From: Vicugna vicugna
Lineage: Eukaryota
Length of the DNA stretch: 64,000 bases
Direction: 5' to 3'
NCBI GenBank assembly: GCA_013265495.1
Contig: MU058540.1
Span: 85,696 to 149,695 of the forward strand
The position numbers and the translations under genes are program-made. Shown here piece by piece: positions 60,370-64,000 of the stretch; position 1 is the first letter of the stretch, and every line of letters begins with the position of its first letter. The notes under the pieces were generated by a model that made no database searches, was not told the origin of the DNA, and saw only the letters and a list, made by a program, of their open reading frames with translations.

Positions 60370-60995
60370 TGGCTCGCGGGCGCAGTTGGAGGTCGGCCCT
60401 GGGCCTGGGACTCTCCGCTGTCCCCGCTGGGCCGAAGTCTTCGGATGCTGTTAGAGTCCGTGCAGAGCGGGCGCCCGGAAGGGAGAAGGGGCGGGCCGGG
60501 GCGGGCTCTCGGAAAGTCCCGGGAACCGGCTGGAGCTCCTAGAAGAGAGTGGTTTAGGGGAAAGGGAAAGCGAAAGCGGCTGCTGGCTCACTCGATCCGC
60601 CCATTTCTGAAGGCGGCCGGCCCGAGCTATTTTGGGAGAGGGCGTTGAAGTCAGATCTGAGGTTTGGGGCAGCAGCCCCAGTGCTCCATCTCCTCCATTA
60701 GATCTGAGGTTTGGAGCAGTAGCCCCAATGCTCCATCTCCTCCTCCTTTCCTCGCCTCCTCCAGCGGATCTCCCTGTCAGGACTTTCTTACCCCAGCCTC
60801 TGGGCGGGGCTCTTACGTCATTTGTCTCCGGGCAGATCTGCCCCGTACAGGTTAGCGCCCGGGTGCCAAGGCTCACAGAGAGGACCCAGGCGCCCCCTGG
60901 CGGGCGTAACGAAGGGGCGGGGCTGCAGGCAGCGCACAGCGCGCTGTCCCAGGTCGGAAACCAGCGCCCCAGGCAGCGAGGAGTGTGGCGCCGGG
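60370..60995. promoter_or_regulatory. TAP1/PSMB9 bidirectional CpG-island promoter (626 bp between the ATGs)
   Basis: GC boxes ~60488-60504; NF-kB site GGAAAGTCCC 60511-60520; GAS/ISRE TTAGGGGAAAGGGAAAGCGAAAGC ~60554-60577; X1/X2-like CCCGGAGACAAATGACGTAA (minus, 60832-60813); CTCF motif CCGCCAGGGGGCGC (minus, 60903-60890). Confidence 0.88.
60653..60743. repeat. Tandem duplication (44-nt copies, 47-nt period) in the bidirectional promoter
   Basis: AGATCTGAGGTTTGGGGCAGCAGCCCCAGTGCTCCATCTCCTCC / AGATCTGAGGTTTGGAGCAGTAGCCCCAATGCTCCATCTCCTCC, 3 mismatches. Confidence 0.92.
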
Positions 60996-63831
<2,836 letters not shown>

Positions 63832-64000
63832 GTACGAAGCTTTGGGGTCCTCAGTCCACCCTGGCTAGAGTTCCCCCAACAGGTGAACCCCTATATAGTG
63901 TCCCATCCCAGGAGCCCTACAGTTGGAAAATGAAAAATTCTTGTTTTGGCTCCTGCTTTTATTAGCTTTGAACTGGCACTTGAATCTCTCGAAGCTGGTT

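Overview
Mammalian MHC class II region, probably from a camelid (inferred from three copies of a short tRNA-derived SINE that I recognise as camelid-type). Gene order: DYA (+) > DYB (-) > DOB (-) > TAP2 (-) > PSMB8 (-) > TAP1 (-) > bidirectional promoter > PSMB9 (+, runs off the window end). I traced all coding exons by hand. DOB (273 aa), PSMB8 (276 aa), TAP1 (746 aa) and TAP2 (719 aa) have intact frames and GT-AG sites. The DY alpha/beta pair is disabled in several independent ways. DYA has a mutated Y box and a +1 A insertion in exon 2 that creates a TGA at the exon 2/3 junction, leaving only alpha1. DYB has lost both splice sites of exon 3 (AG>AA and GT>AT, predicting in-frame loss of beta2) and carries Asn82Asp. 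Other points of interest: a frameshift-extended TAP2 C-terminus, a 56-nt identical tract shared by the TAP1 and TAP2 Walker-A exons, Asp at mature position 28 of both beta5i and beta1i, a 47-bp duplication in the TAP1/PSMB9 promoter, an octamer/GAS/ISRE cluster upstream of DOB, several CTCF motifs, a 305-bp tandem duplication, an inverted duplication and a probable retroposed 3'UTR fragment inside an LTR. Comparisons with human and cattle orthologues are from memory, and repeat family names and boundaries are approximate.
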